Shown here: positions 28,518-37,876 of the stretch, one piece after another | Numbering within the stretch: the stretch's first letter is position 1 | Layout: every line of letters starts with the position of its first letter | Virus record (IMG/VR): IMGVR_UViG_3300036791_000797 | Span: 1-64,000 of that record | Direction: 5' to 3' (one strand) | From: a virus | Length of the DNA stretch: 64,000 nt | Notes under the pieces: model-generated | Database searches by the model: none | Seen by the model: only the letters and a program-made list of their open reading frames with translations | Told to the model about the DNA's origin: nothing | Position numbers and translations under genes: made by a program

Positions 28518-28825
28518 TGACCAGCACCCCTGAGTATCCCGAAGCCACCGGAGCGGCCGAGCCCGTCCTCAACTGCATGGTCCCCGGTTGCACCCGCCCG
28601 GCCAGCACCCAGATGATCGTGGTGGCCGCCCCCGACGAGCATCAGCTACCGGTCTGCGACCTCCATCACCTGGAGCTATCCCAGCCGGGTCACCTGAAGG
28701 ACCTACGGGAACTGGCCGGGATCAGCGAGCAGGTCCACCAGCCGGGTGACCAGTTCATCGCCCAGGCTCAGCCTGCTCAGCCGGGCACATCGACCGAGCC
28801 CGGCCCGGAGGTCGTCAAGCCCTAG
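28514..28825 (+). CDS. hypothetical protein (C-x4-C...C-x2-H)
   Basis: GGAG SD, TTGA overlap. Confidence 0.6.
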   Translation: MMTSTPEYPEATGAAEPVLNCMVPGCTRPASTQMIVVAAPDEHQLPVCDLHHLELSQPGHLKDLRELAGISEQVHQPGDQFIAQAQPAQPGTSTEPGPEVVKP

Positions 28826-28839
28826 CATTATAGGGATGC

Positions 28840-28868
28840 TTGACAATCGATAGGCGGCTCGCTAGGGT
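28840..28868 (+). promoter_or_regulatory. sigma70-type leaderless promoter
   Basis: TTGACA-N17-TAGGGT, 6 nt before ATG 28875; same hexamers as the promoter at 42910-42938. Confidence 0.75.
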
Positions 28869-28874
28869 GGCACC

Positions 28875-29111
28875 ATGGTGGGTGTCCTGCCGCTGGGTAA
28901 CTCTGTGTGGCTGCTGGTGATCATTGGCGTCTTGATAGTCCTGGCTATGATCGTCATCGTTATGGCGACGACTTATCACATGCAAACACCGGTCCAAGCT
29001 GATGATAACTACGATGGCTACGATGATTGTGTGGATGGGGAATGGCATCAGCATGTGCGTGTCCTATCTCCTCCTGCCCCTTCCTTCTATGATTGGGAGA
29101 ACGACGCTTGA
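28875..29111 (+). CDS. small membrane protein
   Basis: N-terminal hydrophobic helix, acidic tail. Confidence 0.65.
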   Translation: MVGVLPLGNSVWLLVIIGVLIVLAMIVIVMATTYHMQTPVQADDNYDGYDDCVDGEWHQHVRVLSPPAPSFYDWENDA

Positions 29112-29668
29112 TCCTGGTGGACCGGGACATCAAACAGGCCCTGCTAACCGGTGAGATCGAGATCGAGCCCTACAACGAGGACCACCTTCAGGCGGCCTCC
29201 TACGACATCCGGCTGAACCCGACCATCCGCCGCCTGGACCCCCGCATGGAGGCCCTGGACCCCGCCATCGAGCAGCCCTACACCTACCCTGAGACCGTCC
29301 CTCATCCCTTCGTGCTGCACCCCGGCGAGTTCATCCTGGCCTCCTCGGTGGAGCGCATCAAGCTCAACGGGCGCATGGTGGCTCAGCTATCGGGCAAGTC
29401 CTCCCTGGCCCGCCTGGGCCTGCAGATCGAGGCGGCCGGGTACTTCGACCCCGGCTGGAATGGCCAGGCCACCCTGGAACTGGCCAACATGACCCAGCGC
29501 CCCATTCGCCTCTACCCCTACATGAAGATCGCCCAGATGGTCTTCATCATGGGCTCGGGCATGGCTGACCGGCCCTACGGCAGCCCCGAGCTTGGTTCCA
29601 AATACCAGAACCAAACAGGTCCCACGCCGTCGGCCATGTGGCGCGAGGAGCCCCCGAATGGATCATGA
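29108..29668 (+). CDS. dcd: dCTP deaminase
   Basis: ILVDRDI, QAASYDIRL, LHPGEFIL, GKSSLARLGL, DPGWNG..TLE, IAQM, KYQNQ. Confidence 0.93.
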   Translation: MILVDRDIKQALLTGEIEIEPYNEDHLQAASYDIRLNPTIRRLDPRMEALDPAIEQPYTYPETVPHPFVLHPGEFILASSVERIKLNGRMVAQLSGKSSLARLGLQIEAAGYFDPGWNGQATLELANMTQRPIRLYPYMKIAQMVFIMGSGMADRPYGSPELGSKYQNQTGPTPSAMWREEPPNGS

Positions 29669-29822
29669 CCTCGACTACTACGAGGCGGTGACCATCTACT
29701 GCCATAGCTGCGGTCAGGAGTGGCCCACCTCCTGGGATGAACTGACCGAGACCCAGGACGCCCTCAAGGTCAGCCATGACTGCCCTGGCCCGCCTCCCCA
29801 CCAGATCGTCACACCCTCCTGA
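29658..29822 (+). CDS. small hypothetical protein
   Basis: GAGGAG SD; CHSC...HDC. Confidence 0.55.
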   Translation: MDHDLDYYEAVTIYCHSCGQEWPTSWDELTETQDALKVSHDCPGPPPHQIVTPS

Positions 29823-29834
29823 GATGATCCCGCC

Positions 29835-30251
29835 ATGGCCCTGTACCTGATCCACTTCGCCCAGCCCTACCAACACGCCAACCACTACCTGGGCTTCGTG
29901 GACACCGACCGACATCCCCTCCAGACCGCCCTGGAGTCCCGCATGGCCTACCACCGCGCCGGGCGGGGATCGAGGTTCCTGCGGGCCGTCAACGCCGCCG
30001 GGATCGACTGGGAGGTGGTCAGGGTCTGGGAGGAAGGCACCCGCACCGACGAGCGCCGTCTCAAGAGTCATAGCTCCACCCGGCTGTGCCCCACCTGCAA
30101 TCACCTGGGATGGCAAGCCTACGGCCGGTTGACTAACGTGATCTTGCCCTCTCAGGCTGGAGAGGCAGAAGGGCTGGAACCTGATGGAACTGTCCTCGAA
30201 CGCGCGCCAGATCATGGATCTGCGTTACTCGCGCAAAGACGAGCAGGGTAA
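29835..30251 (+). CDS. GIY-YIG-like endonuclease
   Basis: LYLIHF...HYLGF...RMAYHRAG...ERRLK...CPTC. Confidence 0.7.
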   Translation: MALYLIHFAQPYQHANHYLGFVDTDRHPLQTALESRMAYHRAGRGSRFLRAVNAAGIDWEVVRVWEEGTRTDERRLKSHSSTRLCPTCNHLGWQAYGRLTNVILPSQAGEAEGLEPDGTVLERAPDHGSALLAQRRAG

Positions 30252-32721
30252 CCCGACCGAGACCCCCGAGCAGGTAGTGGCCCGCGTGGCGGCCACCGTG
30301 GCCAAGGTCACCCACCTGTACGAGAAGGGCCACAGCCCGCCGGGCCAGTACTCCACCGCCGCCCCGGCCTCCGCCGAGCAGGAGGTCTACAAGGCCTACC
30401 GGGACCTGCTCGATGACCGGCTCATGTTCCCCAACAGCCCGACCTGGACCGGGGCCGGGACCCCGCTGGGCCAGCTATCGGCCTGCTTCGTGCTGCCCAT
30501 CGATGACGACCTGGGTCGGGAGCGGGCCGGGATCTACTCCACCCTGCGGGACGCGGTGCTGATCCAGCAGACCGGCGGCGGCAACGGTTTTGACTTCTCC
30601 CGCCTGCGCCCAGCCAACGCCGTGGTGTCGCGATCCATGGGCCGGGCCTCGGGGCCGGTGGGCTTCCTGGGCAGCTATGACGCCGTGTTCGGCACCATCG
30701 CCCAGGGTGGCTCGCGCCGGGGGGCCAACATGGCCGTGCTGCGTTGCGACCATCCCGACGTGACTCGCTTCATCCGGGCCAAGATCGAAGAGGGCAAGAT
30801 CTCCAACTTCAATATCTCGGTGGCCGTCACCGAGGACTTCATGACCGCGGTGCAGGAGGAGGCCGAGTTCGACCTGGTCTATAAGGGCCGGGTCTATGAG
30901 ACCATCAAGGCCGGTGATCTCTTCGCGGAGATCGCAGAGGACGCCTGGAAGTTCGGGGACCCCGGCCTGTTGTTCATCGATCGAGCCGAGCGTGATAACC
31001 CTTGTCCACTGCATTACCACTATGAGGCCACCAACCCCTGTGGTGAGCAATGGCTACCGCCGTATGGCTCCTGCAATCTGGGATCCATAGCCTTGCAACG
31101 CTTCGTGAGAAACGGCCAGAACTCCGGCGAGGCATTCCTGTATTGGGAGGGCCTGGCCCAGGCCATCCACACCTCGGTCAACTTCCTCGATGACGCCATC
31201 GATGCCAACCACTACGTGGAGTCGGTGCCCGAGCTAGCCGAGATGGCCTTGAACGAGCGCCGCATCGGTCTCGGCTACATGGGCGTGGCCGACGCCATGG
31301 CCCTGCTCGGCATCCGCTACGGCTCTCCTGATGGGGAGGACTTCGTCTCCCAGGTCACCGAGTTCTTGCGCTTCCACGCCATGTCCGCCTCCATCCTGCG
31401 CGCCCAGGCTCGCGGGGCCTTCCCTTGGATCGAGGGCTCCATCTACGACCCCAAGCTCATCTCCGGTCGGGGCTGGGGCACCGAGATTCAGCCCGGCCTA
31501 TTCACCTGGTCACCGCCGGTTGGCAGCGTGGAGCATGTCCGGGGCTGGGGTCGTCCGGTGCTGGACTGGCACATCATCCAGGAGGGCATCGAGTCCTACG
31601 GCATCCGCAACGCCTGCCTGCTGACCTACGCCCCCACCGGCACCATCTCCAACGTGGCCGACTGCGAGGGCTCGGGCATCGAGTGCTTCTTCGCCCTGAC
31701 CTTCGAGCGCAAGGTCATGCAGGAGGGCCAGAACATCAGCCTGCACTATGCCTCGGCGCTCTTCGAGCAGGCTCTGACCGGCCTGGGCTACGACCAGTCC
31801 CGTCGCCGGGCCATCGTGGACCAGGTGGCGGCCGAGGGGGGCTCCTGTCAGGCCGTGGGCGACCTGCCCCAGACGGTCCGCGACGCCTTCGTGGTGGCCG
31901 GGGACCTGAGCTACCAGGAACACATCCGCATGCAGGCGGCGGCCCAGGCCTGGGTGGACAACTCCATCTCCAAGACCATCAACCTGCCCCATGAGGCCAC
32001 CGTGGGCGAGGTGGAGCATGCCTACCGGCTGGCCCACCAACTGGGCTGCAAGGGCATCACCATCTACCGCCAGGGCAGCCGTTCCCTGGAGGTCCTGTCG
32101 GCCCCGTCCGCCGAGGTCGAGACCATCCCCGAGCCAGTCAGCTTCGAGGCCCACGCCAACGGCTGGAAGACCATCACCCCCATGCCCATCCCGGTCAGCG
32201 CGGCCACCGAGGGCCTGCCTACCCGGACCTTCCCGGTCAAGACCGGCTTCGGCACCCTGCAGGTCTACGTCACCGAGCATCCCGACCACCCCGGCCGCCC
32301 CTTCGACTGCCGCATCTCGGTGGGCAAGCACGGCTCGGACAAGAACGCCGACGTGGAGGCCCTGGCCCGCATGATCTCCATCGCCTTGCGCTCGGGGGTG
32401 TCGGTGGCGGCCATCACCGACCAACTCAAGGGCATCGGCGGGCGGACCATGGACGGCTTCGGGCCGGGCAAGGTCCTCAGTGTCGCTGACGGCGTCGGCA
32501 AGCTCCTGGAGCGCATCTACCAGCCCGATCCCTCTCAAGCGCTCTTAGAGGCTCCTGGAGGCCTCTCCGGGCCTCCTGGACTCCTGGAGGCTGGCCCCAT
32601 GGCTCTGGACCGGGGTCAGACCTGCCCGCGCTGTGGGGTGGCCTCCCTGGTCTACGAGGCCGGGTGCCTGCACTGCGATGTCCGCTACGGGGGTTGCGGG
32701 GATTTTACACGGTGTGATTGA
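30184..32721 (+). CDS. nrdJ: class II (B12-dependent) ribonucleotide reductase with TSCPD/Zn-ribbon tail
   Basis: PNSPT, LSACFV, RRGANM, TNPCGEQ, SCNLGS, APTGT, SKTINLP, KGITIYRQGSR (no YY pair), CPRC...C; no nrdB nearby. Confidence 0.92.
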   Translation: MELSSNARQIMDLRYSRKDEQGNPTETPEQVVARVAATVAKVTHLYEKGHSPPGQYSTAAPASAEQEVYKAYRDLLDDRLMFPNSPTWTGAGTPLGQLSACFVLPIDDDLGRERAGIYSTLRDAVLIQQTGGGNGFDFSRLRPANAVVSRSMGRASGPVGFLGSYDAVFGTIAQGGSRRGANMAVLRCDHPDVTRFIRAKIEEGKISNFNISVAVTEDFMTAVQEEAEFDLVYKGRVYETIKAGDLFAEIAEDAWKFGDPGLLFIDRAERDNPCPLHYHYEATNPCGEQWLPPYGSCNLGSIALQRFVRNGQNSGEAFLYWEGLAQAIHTSVNFLDDAIDANHYVESVPELAEMALNERRIGLGYMGVADAMALLGIRYGSPDGEDFVSQVTEFLRFHAMSASILRAQARGAFPWIEGSIYDPKLISGRGWGTEIQPGLFTWSPPVGSVEHVRGWGRPVLDWHIIQEGIESYGIRNACLLTYAPTGTISNVADCEGSGIECFFALTFERKVMQEGQNISLHYASALFEQALTGLGYDQSRRRAIVDQVAAEGGSCQAVGDLPQTVRDAFVVAGDLSYQEHIRMQAAAQAWVDNSISKTINLPHEATVGEVEHAYRLAHQLGCKGITIYRQGSRSLEVLSAPSAEVETIPEPVSFEAHANGWKTITPMPIPVSAATEGLPTRTFPVKTGFGTLQVYVTEHPDHPGRPFDCRISVGKHGSDKNADVEALARMISIALRSGVSVAAITDQLKGIGGRTMDGFGPGKVLSVADGVGKLLERIYQPDPSQALLEAPGGLSGPPGLLEAGPMALDRGQTCPRCGVASLVYEAGCLHCDVRYGGCGDFTRCD

Positions 32722-32881
32722 GGTCTTGGCTTTCCTGGCTCTGTCCCCCACTCTCTGAGCATGGCGTCGCGTTCTGCGGTTGATCGTCGGCATCCCCTGC
32801 TCCTCGATCCTCTTCAGCAAGTCCCTCAAGTCGTCCGCCGTGCAGCCGTGGGGGGTTATCGTCTTCGCTTCCTGATACTCC

Positions 32882-33610
32882 ATGACTGGTAGATACGTCG
32901 AACCACAGCTTGTTGTCCGGGAGCATCCGGCTACCTGGTCCGCCCCCATCCTGGAGGTCATCGCGGCTCGATTGCCCAAAGGGGCAATCGTTCTGGACCC
33001 CTTCGCCGGTACGGGTGGACTCAGTGACATTGGTCACATCCGCCCGGTCATGATCGAGATCGAGCCCGAGTGGGCCACCCAGGTCGTCGGCAATGCTCTG
33101 AGCTTGCCCTTTCGGGCAGGCACCTTCCTGTGGGTGGCCACCTCGCCCTGCTTCGGCAACCGCATGGCGGACCACCATGACAACCGGGACCCCTGCAAGC
33201 CCTGCAGAGGCACCGGCCTCCAGGGCGACCTGAGAGACCCCTGCAGGGCCTGTGGGGGCTCGGGGCTGTCACGCCGCCACACCTACAAGCACTACCTGGG
33301 CCGGGACCCCCACCCGGCCTCCAGCGCCATCCTGCAATGGGGCGAGGAGTACCGGTCCTTCCACACCGCCGCCTGGGCCGAGACGACCCGCGTCTGCGGA
33401 AGATGGGCGCACCTGCTCCTGGACATCTCCGACCACATCCGCGGTGGCGCGATCATGCCGGTTACCGATTGGCACCAGAGCGCCCTGGAGGGCCTGGGCT
33501 GGCTGTGCCTGGACCGCACCCCGGTGGATGTCCGCCGCCAGCGCCACGGCCAGAACGGGGACCTCAGGGTCATCTGCGAGTGGGTCCTGGAGTTCGTCCG
33601 GGTGGGCTAG
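32882..33610 (+). CDS. SAM-dependent (DNA amino-) methyltransferase-like protein with Zn-finger insert
   Basis: VLDPFAGTG, IEIEPEW, TSPCF in the SPPY position, CKPCRGTG...CRACGGSG. Confidence 0.7.
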   Translation: MTGRYVEPQLVVREHPATWSAPILEVIAARLPKGAIVLDPFAGTGGLSDIGHIRPVMIEIEPEWATQVVGNALSLPFRAGTFLWVATSPCFGNRMADHHDNRDPCKPCRGTGLQGDLRDPCRACGGSGLSRRHTYKHYLGRDPHPASSAILQWGEEYRSFHTAAWAETTRVCGRWAHLLLDISDHIRGGAIMPVTDWHQSALEGLGWLCLDRTPVDVRRQRHGQNGDLRVICEWVLEFVRVG

Positions 33611-33882
33611 CTCCGACCCTCCTCCTGGGCAGGCTGGTCCGAGCCCTTCTGGTCATCCTCCTCCAGCCGGGCCACCAGGTCCTCCTTCTTGCCGGACTTC
33701 GGCAGGTCCCGCTCGGCTAGCTCGTCCTTCAACTCCGCCACCGTGGACTCGGAGTAGGAGGATCCCTCCTGGGTCTCTGCTTCCGGAGTCAGGCCCTGCA
33801 TCTCGGCACGGGCGCGCTCTTCGTCCTCGCGTTGTTTGGTAGCCATCTGCTGGGCCACCTCTTGGCTCGTATCGTGGGTCAT
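33607..33882 (-). CDS. SAP-domain protein
   Basis: YSESTVAELKDELAERDLPKSGKKEDLVARLEE. Confidence 0.8.
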   Translation of the reverse strand: MTHDTSQEVAQQMATKQREDEERARAEMQGLTPEAETQEGSSYSESTVAELKDELAERDLPKSGKKEDLVARLEEDDQKGSDQPAQEEGRS

Positions 33883-33906
33883 AGTCGTAGTGATACCCTC
33901 CGACCC

Positions 33907-34098
33907 ATGACCGACACCGCTCCTACCCCGCCTGATCCCGCCGCCTCTGACAGCCCGGTAGCCGACGATGTGGCCGCCGTGGTGGACTCCCTCAAGCAGC
34001 TAATAGCCACTGTCCAGCAGGAGTTCGACGCCCTGCGGGTGACGGTGCAGACCAAGATCGATGAGGTCCAGACCAAGCTGGCCAACATCCGCCAGTAA
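33907..34098 (+). CDS. small coiled-coil protein
   Basis: GC3-rich, heptad pattern. Confidence 0.55.
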   Translation: MTDTAPTPPDPAASDSPVADDVAAVVDSLKQLIATVQQEFDALRVTVQTKIDEVQTKLANIRQ

Positions 34099-34169
34099 GA
34101 GACCACTTGAAACGGTCTTAGCATCACCCTTTGTGTGGCGAGCCCGTGGTCCTGGGTAAAACCCCCGGC

Positions 34170-34343
34170 ATGGCACTTGGAATCGCTCTGATCATCATCG
34201 GCTTCATTTTTCTGGCCTTCCTGATCTTCCCCTTCCACGTCCTGCTGGGGGTGCTGGCGATAGCCCTGGGCATCCTGGACCTGTTCTGGGCGGGCCGGAC
34301 CTGGCGAGGGGGCTACACCGGTCCCCGCCGGTACTACTACTAG
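34170..34343 (+). CDS. small two-helix membrane protein
   Basis: Hydrophobic hairpin ending GPRRYYY. Confidence 0.65.
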   Translation: MALGIALIIIGFIFLAFLIFPFHVLLGVLAIALGILDLFWAGRTWRGGYTGPRRYYY

Positions 34344-34350
34344 GAGGACC

Positions 34351-34605
34351 ATGCCTGCCCAGCGTTGTCCCGGCTGTAGCGCTCCTCTGCCCGAGGAGCG
34401 TCACCGGGAGGAGACCATCCGCACCGAGAGCGGCTACCAGATCCCCGTCATCGTCTGCCCCAACCATCCCCGCGGCACCCTGACCATCGGCCCGCCCGAA
34501 GGGTTCCGCTTGATGGAGGACGACCTCCAGGCCCCCGGCGCGTCCGAGCCCCCTCCGGTGATAGAGGGGGCTCGGGTGGCTCAGGGCCGGGTCAGCGACG
34601 TTTAG
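34351..34605 (+). CDS. small Zn-ribbon protein
   Basis: GGAGG SD; CPGC...CPNH. Confidence 0.6.
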   Translation: MPAQRCPGCSAPLPEERHREETIRTESGYQIPVIVCPNHPRGTLTIGPPEGFRLMEDDLQAPGASEPPPVIEGARVAQGRVSDV

Positions 34606-35693
34606 ACCAGGCTGGCCACCTCCTCGGCGGCCTCTGCGGGGCTCTCAGGGGCCTCAGCATCGTCCTTGGCGTACTTGATGCCCTGGATGTAGTCGGCGGC
34701 CTCGGAGGCCTTGGTGGCGGCCTGGAGGAGCCATTTGGGCTCGTCGGCCAGCTTGCGGAGCCAGCCCTGCAGGTAGGCGGCCGAGTTGTCCACCGTCTCG
34801 TTGTCGATCCCGGCGATCCCGCACAGCATGGCGGCGGTCATCTCGGCCACAAGCTCCTCCTTGGAGTAGCTGGTGTCCCCGAAGTGGTGCATCTCCATGA
34901 GGTCCTTGCGGGCCAGGCGGCTGGCGTGGCCGGTGGAGTGGCCCATCTCATGGAACAGCGTCGAGTAGTACTCCTCGGCCCCGTCGAACTGGTGGCGCTC
35001 GGGCATGCCGATGTAGTCGGCCGAGGGGCTGTAGTAGGCCCGGTTGCCGCCGTGGCGGACATCCACCTCGGTGTAGCCGGAGGCGATGGCCTCGGCCGCC
35101 TCGATGGGATCGAACTCCTCGGGGGCCTCGCCGGGGGCCGCGGGCAGGAGCTTCTCGGGCAACGTCTCGGCGGCCACCTGGTCCTGGTTCCAGACGTGGT
35201 AGGTCTTGAGGAGGGGGATGCGTTTGCGGCTCTTCTTGCCGGTGGCCTCATCGATCTCGGTGATGTAGATCTGGATCCACAGGGTGATCTCGGTGCCCTT
35301 CTCGCCCTTGCGGACACCGCGAGGGGTGGGATCGACACTGCCGTCTTCGAGGACCGGCGAGAAGTACTTGACGATGTCGCGGCCCTTGGCGTTCTGGCCG
35401 ACGACGGTGCGGACCATGCCGCCCTGGCGCGCCCACTCGTTGTAGGTGCCCCAGCGGTTGGACTTGTAGCCCTTGTCCAGGGCCTCGGCCAGGAGGATCC
35501 AGGGGTTGATGCCCCGGTAGTTCCGGCCTGTCGAGAGGGAGATCGGGAACATGGACACGCCGTCCACGTTCTTCCAGGACCGGTGCCAGGTCAGACGGCC
35601 CTCGGCCACGATCTGGGCGATGAGCTTGTCGGAGATGTCGCCGTACACGTCCCGGCGAGGCTTGGCGGACTTGGACTTCTTGGTGGTGGTCAT
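34602..35693 (-). CDS. ardC: ArdC-like antirestriction ssDNA-binding protein with zincin-like domain
   Basis: TGRNYRGIN, WGTYNEW, VRKGEKG, AYYSPSADYIGMP, YYSTLFHEMGHSTGH, YSKEELVAE, SAAYLQGW. Confidence 0.92.
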   Translation of the reverse strand: MTTTKKSKSAKPRRDVYGDISDKLIAQIVAEGRLTWHRSWKNVDGVSMFPISLSTGRNYRGINPWILLAEALDKGYKSNRWGTYNEWARQGGMVRTVVGQNAKGRDIVKYFSPVLEDGSVDPTPRGVRKGEKGTEITLWIQIYITEIDEATGKKSRKRIPLLKTYHVWNQDQVAAETLPEKLLPAAPGEAPEEFDPIEAAEAIASGYTEVDVRHGGNRAYYSPSADYIGMPERHQFDGAEEYYSTLFHEMGHSTGHASRLARKDLMEMHHFGDTSYSKEELVAEMTAAMLCGIAGIDNETVDNSAAYLQGWLRKLADEPKWLLQAATKASEAADYIQGIKYAKDDAEAPESPAEAAEEVASLV

Positions 35694-35700
35694 GGCAGGT

Positions 35701-35729
35701 ACGTTAGCAAGGATCCTTAGAGAAGTCAA
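35701..35729 (-). promoter_or_regulatory. repeated leaderless promoter, copy 1
   Basis: TTGACT-TCTCTAAGGATCCTTGC-TAACGT-N7-ATG(35693). Confidence 0.85.
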
Positions 35730-35888
35730 GTCGGCCCGGCAACGGCTAGGCTCAGGCCAGCGCGGTAGTTAGCCCGTCTGGTCCTAGGCCCCCAGGCCCC
35801 GACTAAGTCCCCCATCGGGCATCGGGAGCGGCGAGTCTCGAAATCCGCGACAGGACCGGTCAAACGTGGGACGGTCCACCTACGAGAA

Positions 35889-35910
35889 GAGCCGCCCCGG
35901 AGGGCGGCTC
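35889..35910 (-). terminator. intrinsic terminator-like hairpin
   Basis: GAGCCGCCC-N4-GGGCGGCTC followed by TTCT on the - strand. Confidence 0.6.
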
Positions 35911-35930
35911 AAGTGGGAGATAGTGGGGGA

Positions 35931-36323
35931 TCAGGACTGCTCGGCCCCGCATTGGTTGCAGTAGGTGGTCCAGCGCCAGCCGTCGCCGCTGTCGTCAGGG
36001 ACGGCGTAGCCCTCCAGGTCGAAGAACCCGCTGAACAGGTTGTCCGAGTAGCAGGTGGCGCAGGGGGCGTGCGTGGGGCGGGTGACGGTCAGGATGGTGT
36101 CATGGCGCTCGATGGCGTAGCCCAGTCCCTTCAGGGCGTCAGCCAGGTCGTCGGCCAGGCGAGAGGCCTCACCGGAGTGATCCAGATCGGCGCTGACGGT
36201 GACGGCCCCAGCGAAGCCTTTGCGAACCCGCACGCCCTCGCGGCGGCGGTCGAAGGAGGGCACGAAGCCAGCCTTACGAAGCTGACGGCTCACGCCCTGG
36301 GCGGAGATCTTGGTGGTGGTCAT
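35931..36323 (-). CDS. hypothetical early protein
   Basis: Leaderless ATGACCACC start; CATC...CNQC. Confidence 0.7.
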   Translation of the reverse strand: MTTTKISAQGVSRQLRKAGFVPSFDRRREGVRVRKGFAGAVTVSADLDHSGEASRLADDLADALKGLGYAIERHDTILTVTRPTHAPCATCYSDNLFSGFFDLEGYAVPDDSGDGWRWTTYCNQCGAEQS

Positions 36324-36330
36324 GGCAGTC

Positions 36331-36359
36331 ACATTAGCAGGTTTCCTTAGAGGAGTCCA
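36331..36359 (-). promoter_or_regulatory. repeated leaderless promoter, copy 2
   Basis: TGGACT-CCTCTAAGGAAACCTGC-TAATGT-N7-ATG(36323). Confidence 0.85.
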
Positions 36360-36501
36360 GTCGCTCCTGCTCAGCTTGAGTCCGGCCGGTGAGGGCGTTG
36401 CGGACTTCTCCACAGCGGGTGCAGGTGGTGGTGGATTGCCGCCAGTCCGCCCGGTTGGGCGGATCAGGGGCGGAGTCATGGGTGAAGGGCTCGCAGGGCA
36501 T
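36334..36501 (-). CDS. 55-aa protein below the ORF-track cut-off
   Basis: TGATG coupling; MPCEPFTH...CTRC...SSKETC*; its stop is the TAA of the -10 box. Confidence 0.5.
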   Translation of the reverse strand: MPCEPFTHDSAPDPPNRADWRQSTTTCTRCGEVRNALTGRTQAEQERLDSSKETC

Positions 36502-36830
36502 CAGACCGTCACCTCGGAAAGCTCACGGGGCAGGCCGTGCCATTCGCGCAGTGCCCGCTTGTGGGGCTGGCCAAGCTCCTCAGCCAACCGGACGAAGGCG
36601 GCGTCGATGTGGCGCTGGGACCTGGTCATGGCCTCGTCGCGGGTGACGTAGGCCAGACCCCTGATCTGCTGGGTCTGGGACAGGCCGACGCTGGGGTTGC
36701 CCTCGGCATCGACCAGCTTGATGACCGGCACGTAGGGGAACTTGGGGTTACGGCCCCGCTTGGCGGCCGAGGCGATCCCGAAGAAGTTGCGGGCCTGGAG
36801 CCCCTCGATGGTTTTCTGGATGGTGGTCAC
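36501..36830 (-). CDS. hypothetical early protein
   Basis: Leaderless GTGACCACC start. Confidence 0.7.
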   Translation of the reverse strand: MTTIQKTIEGLQARNFFGIASAAKRGRNPKFPYVPVIKLVDAEGNPSVGLSQTQQIRGLAYVTRDEAMTRSQRHIDAAFVRLAEELGQPHKRALREWHGLPRELSEVTV

Positions 36831-36838
36831 GGGAAGAC

Positions 36839-36867
36839 ACGTTAGCAGGAATCCTTAGAGGAGTCCA
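36839..36867 (-). promoter_or_regulatory. repeated leaderless promoter, copy 3
   Basis: TGGACT-CCTCTAAGGATTCCTGC-TAACGT-N8-GTG(36830). Confidence 0.85.
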
Positions 36868-36868
36868 G

Positions 36869-37876
36869 TCAGTCGTCAGGATCAGTGTCCTCGGGCCAGG
36901 TCATGTCGGCCACGGCCTCGGCAATGGCCTGCGGCAGGGCCTGGCGCTCACTGAGCCATTCCCCCTTCACCTGGCGGCGGATGTCGGCATCGAGGTGCTG
37001 GCGGAACCATCGCCGGAGCAGGGCGTCCAACTCCGGGACCGGGATACCGTCGGCCTCGGCCTTGCCGTGATCGTCCAGGAGATCCCAGTCCCGAGCCTGC
37101 TGCACGGTCAGGGCCAGGCGCTTCCAGTCCAGCCACCCGCCCGGCCGGGAGGGGATCCCCTGGGGCAGCCAGCCGTCCGGCTTGGCCAGCCCGAACCACT
37201 TCTCCACCCAGGCCACCGTGTCGCGCACCAGGGGCCGGTAGATGTTCCTCTCCCCGGCGTCGTCGCGGTCCCCGATGTGACCGATGATGGTGGGGATGCC
37301 GCGGGAGGCGGCCTCTCGGGCGATGCGGGTCTTGATCTTCAGCCCGTCCGAGCCCCCGCCTGAGAACACGTTCACGCCATAGGGGGTCGAGATCTGGGTG
37401 ATCCGGGGCATCAGATCGGCGGCCTCACACCACAGCACCAGGTACACGTCCTGGTCCTTCTGAAGGTTGGGCTGGAACTCCTGGGCTCGGGCCATGGTCT
37501 CGCTGGCGAAGTCCTGGGCATCGTCGTAGCTGGGGATGATGAGAGGGTCCGGCGCATGGGCGTCGGCCACCCAGGACTCGGGGATGATCAGCGCCCGGCG
37601 CAGCATGAGCAGGAGGTCCGCGACGTGGGTCTCATGAGCCTCCATGTCCCCGAACTCCTGGGGCTCGGTGTTCTTCTTGCGGTAGGTCAGGCCGTGGCCC
37701 ATGCCGGTCGGGCGCAGGTCGTAGAAGATCCCTCGACCACCACGGGGCAGGGTGCCCTCCCGCTCATGCTGCTGGTAGCGGGCGATGATGTCTTGGGCCA
37801 GAGCCTTCTGGCGGTCGCTGCGCTGGTCTCCATCGGGATCCCAGTCGAGTTGAGGCCCCTTCGGGCGCTCCCCCAT
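36869..37876 (-). CDS. Topo VI-A/Spo11-like TOPRIM protein
   Basis: RGIFYDL winged-helix Tyr, LWCEAADL, VFSGGG, IGDRDDAG (DxD), RLALT..Q, EADG. Confidence 0.65.
   Translation of the reverse strand: MGERPKGPQLDWDPDGDQRSDRQKALAQDIIARYQQHEREGTLPRGGRGIFYDLRPTGMGHGLTYRKKNTEPQEFGDMEAHETHVADLLLMLRRALIIPESWVADAHAPDPLIIPSYDDAQDFASETMARAQEFQPNLQKDQDVYLVLWCEAADLMPRITQISTPYGVNVFSGGGSDGLKIKTRIAREAASRGIPTIIGHIGDRDDAGERNIYRPLVRDTVAWVEKWFGLAKPDGWLPQGIPSRPGGWLDWKRLALTVQQARDWDLLDDHGKAEADGIPVPELDALLRRWFRQHLDADIRRQVKGEWLSERQALPQAIAEAVADMTWPEDTDPDD

Noticed and set aside
8900-32721. Inteins or introns in dnaB, dnaE, recA, terL or nrdJ
   Set aside because: No intein splice-junction motifs or LAGLIDADG blocks seen; core motifs are at normal spacing
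32545-33030. - strand gene between nrdJ and the methyltransferase
   Set aside because: Overlaps both neighbours; a shorter version from 32883 is possible but unsupported
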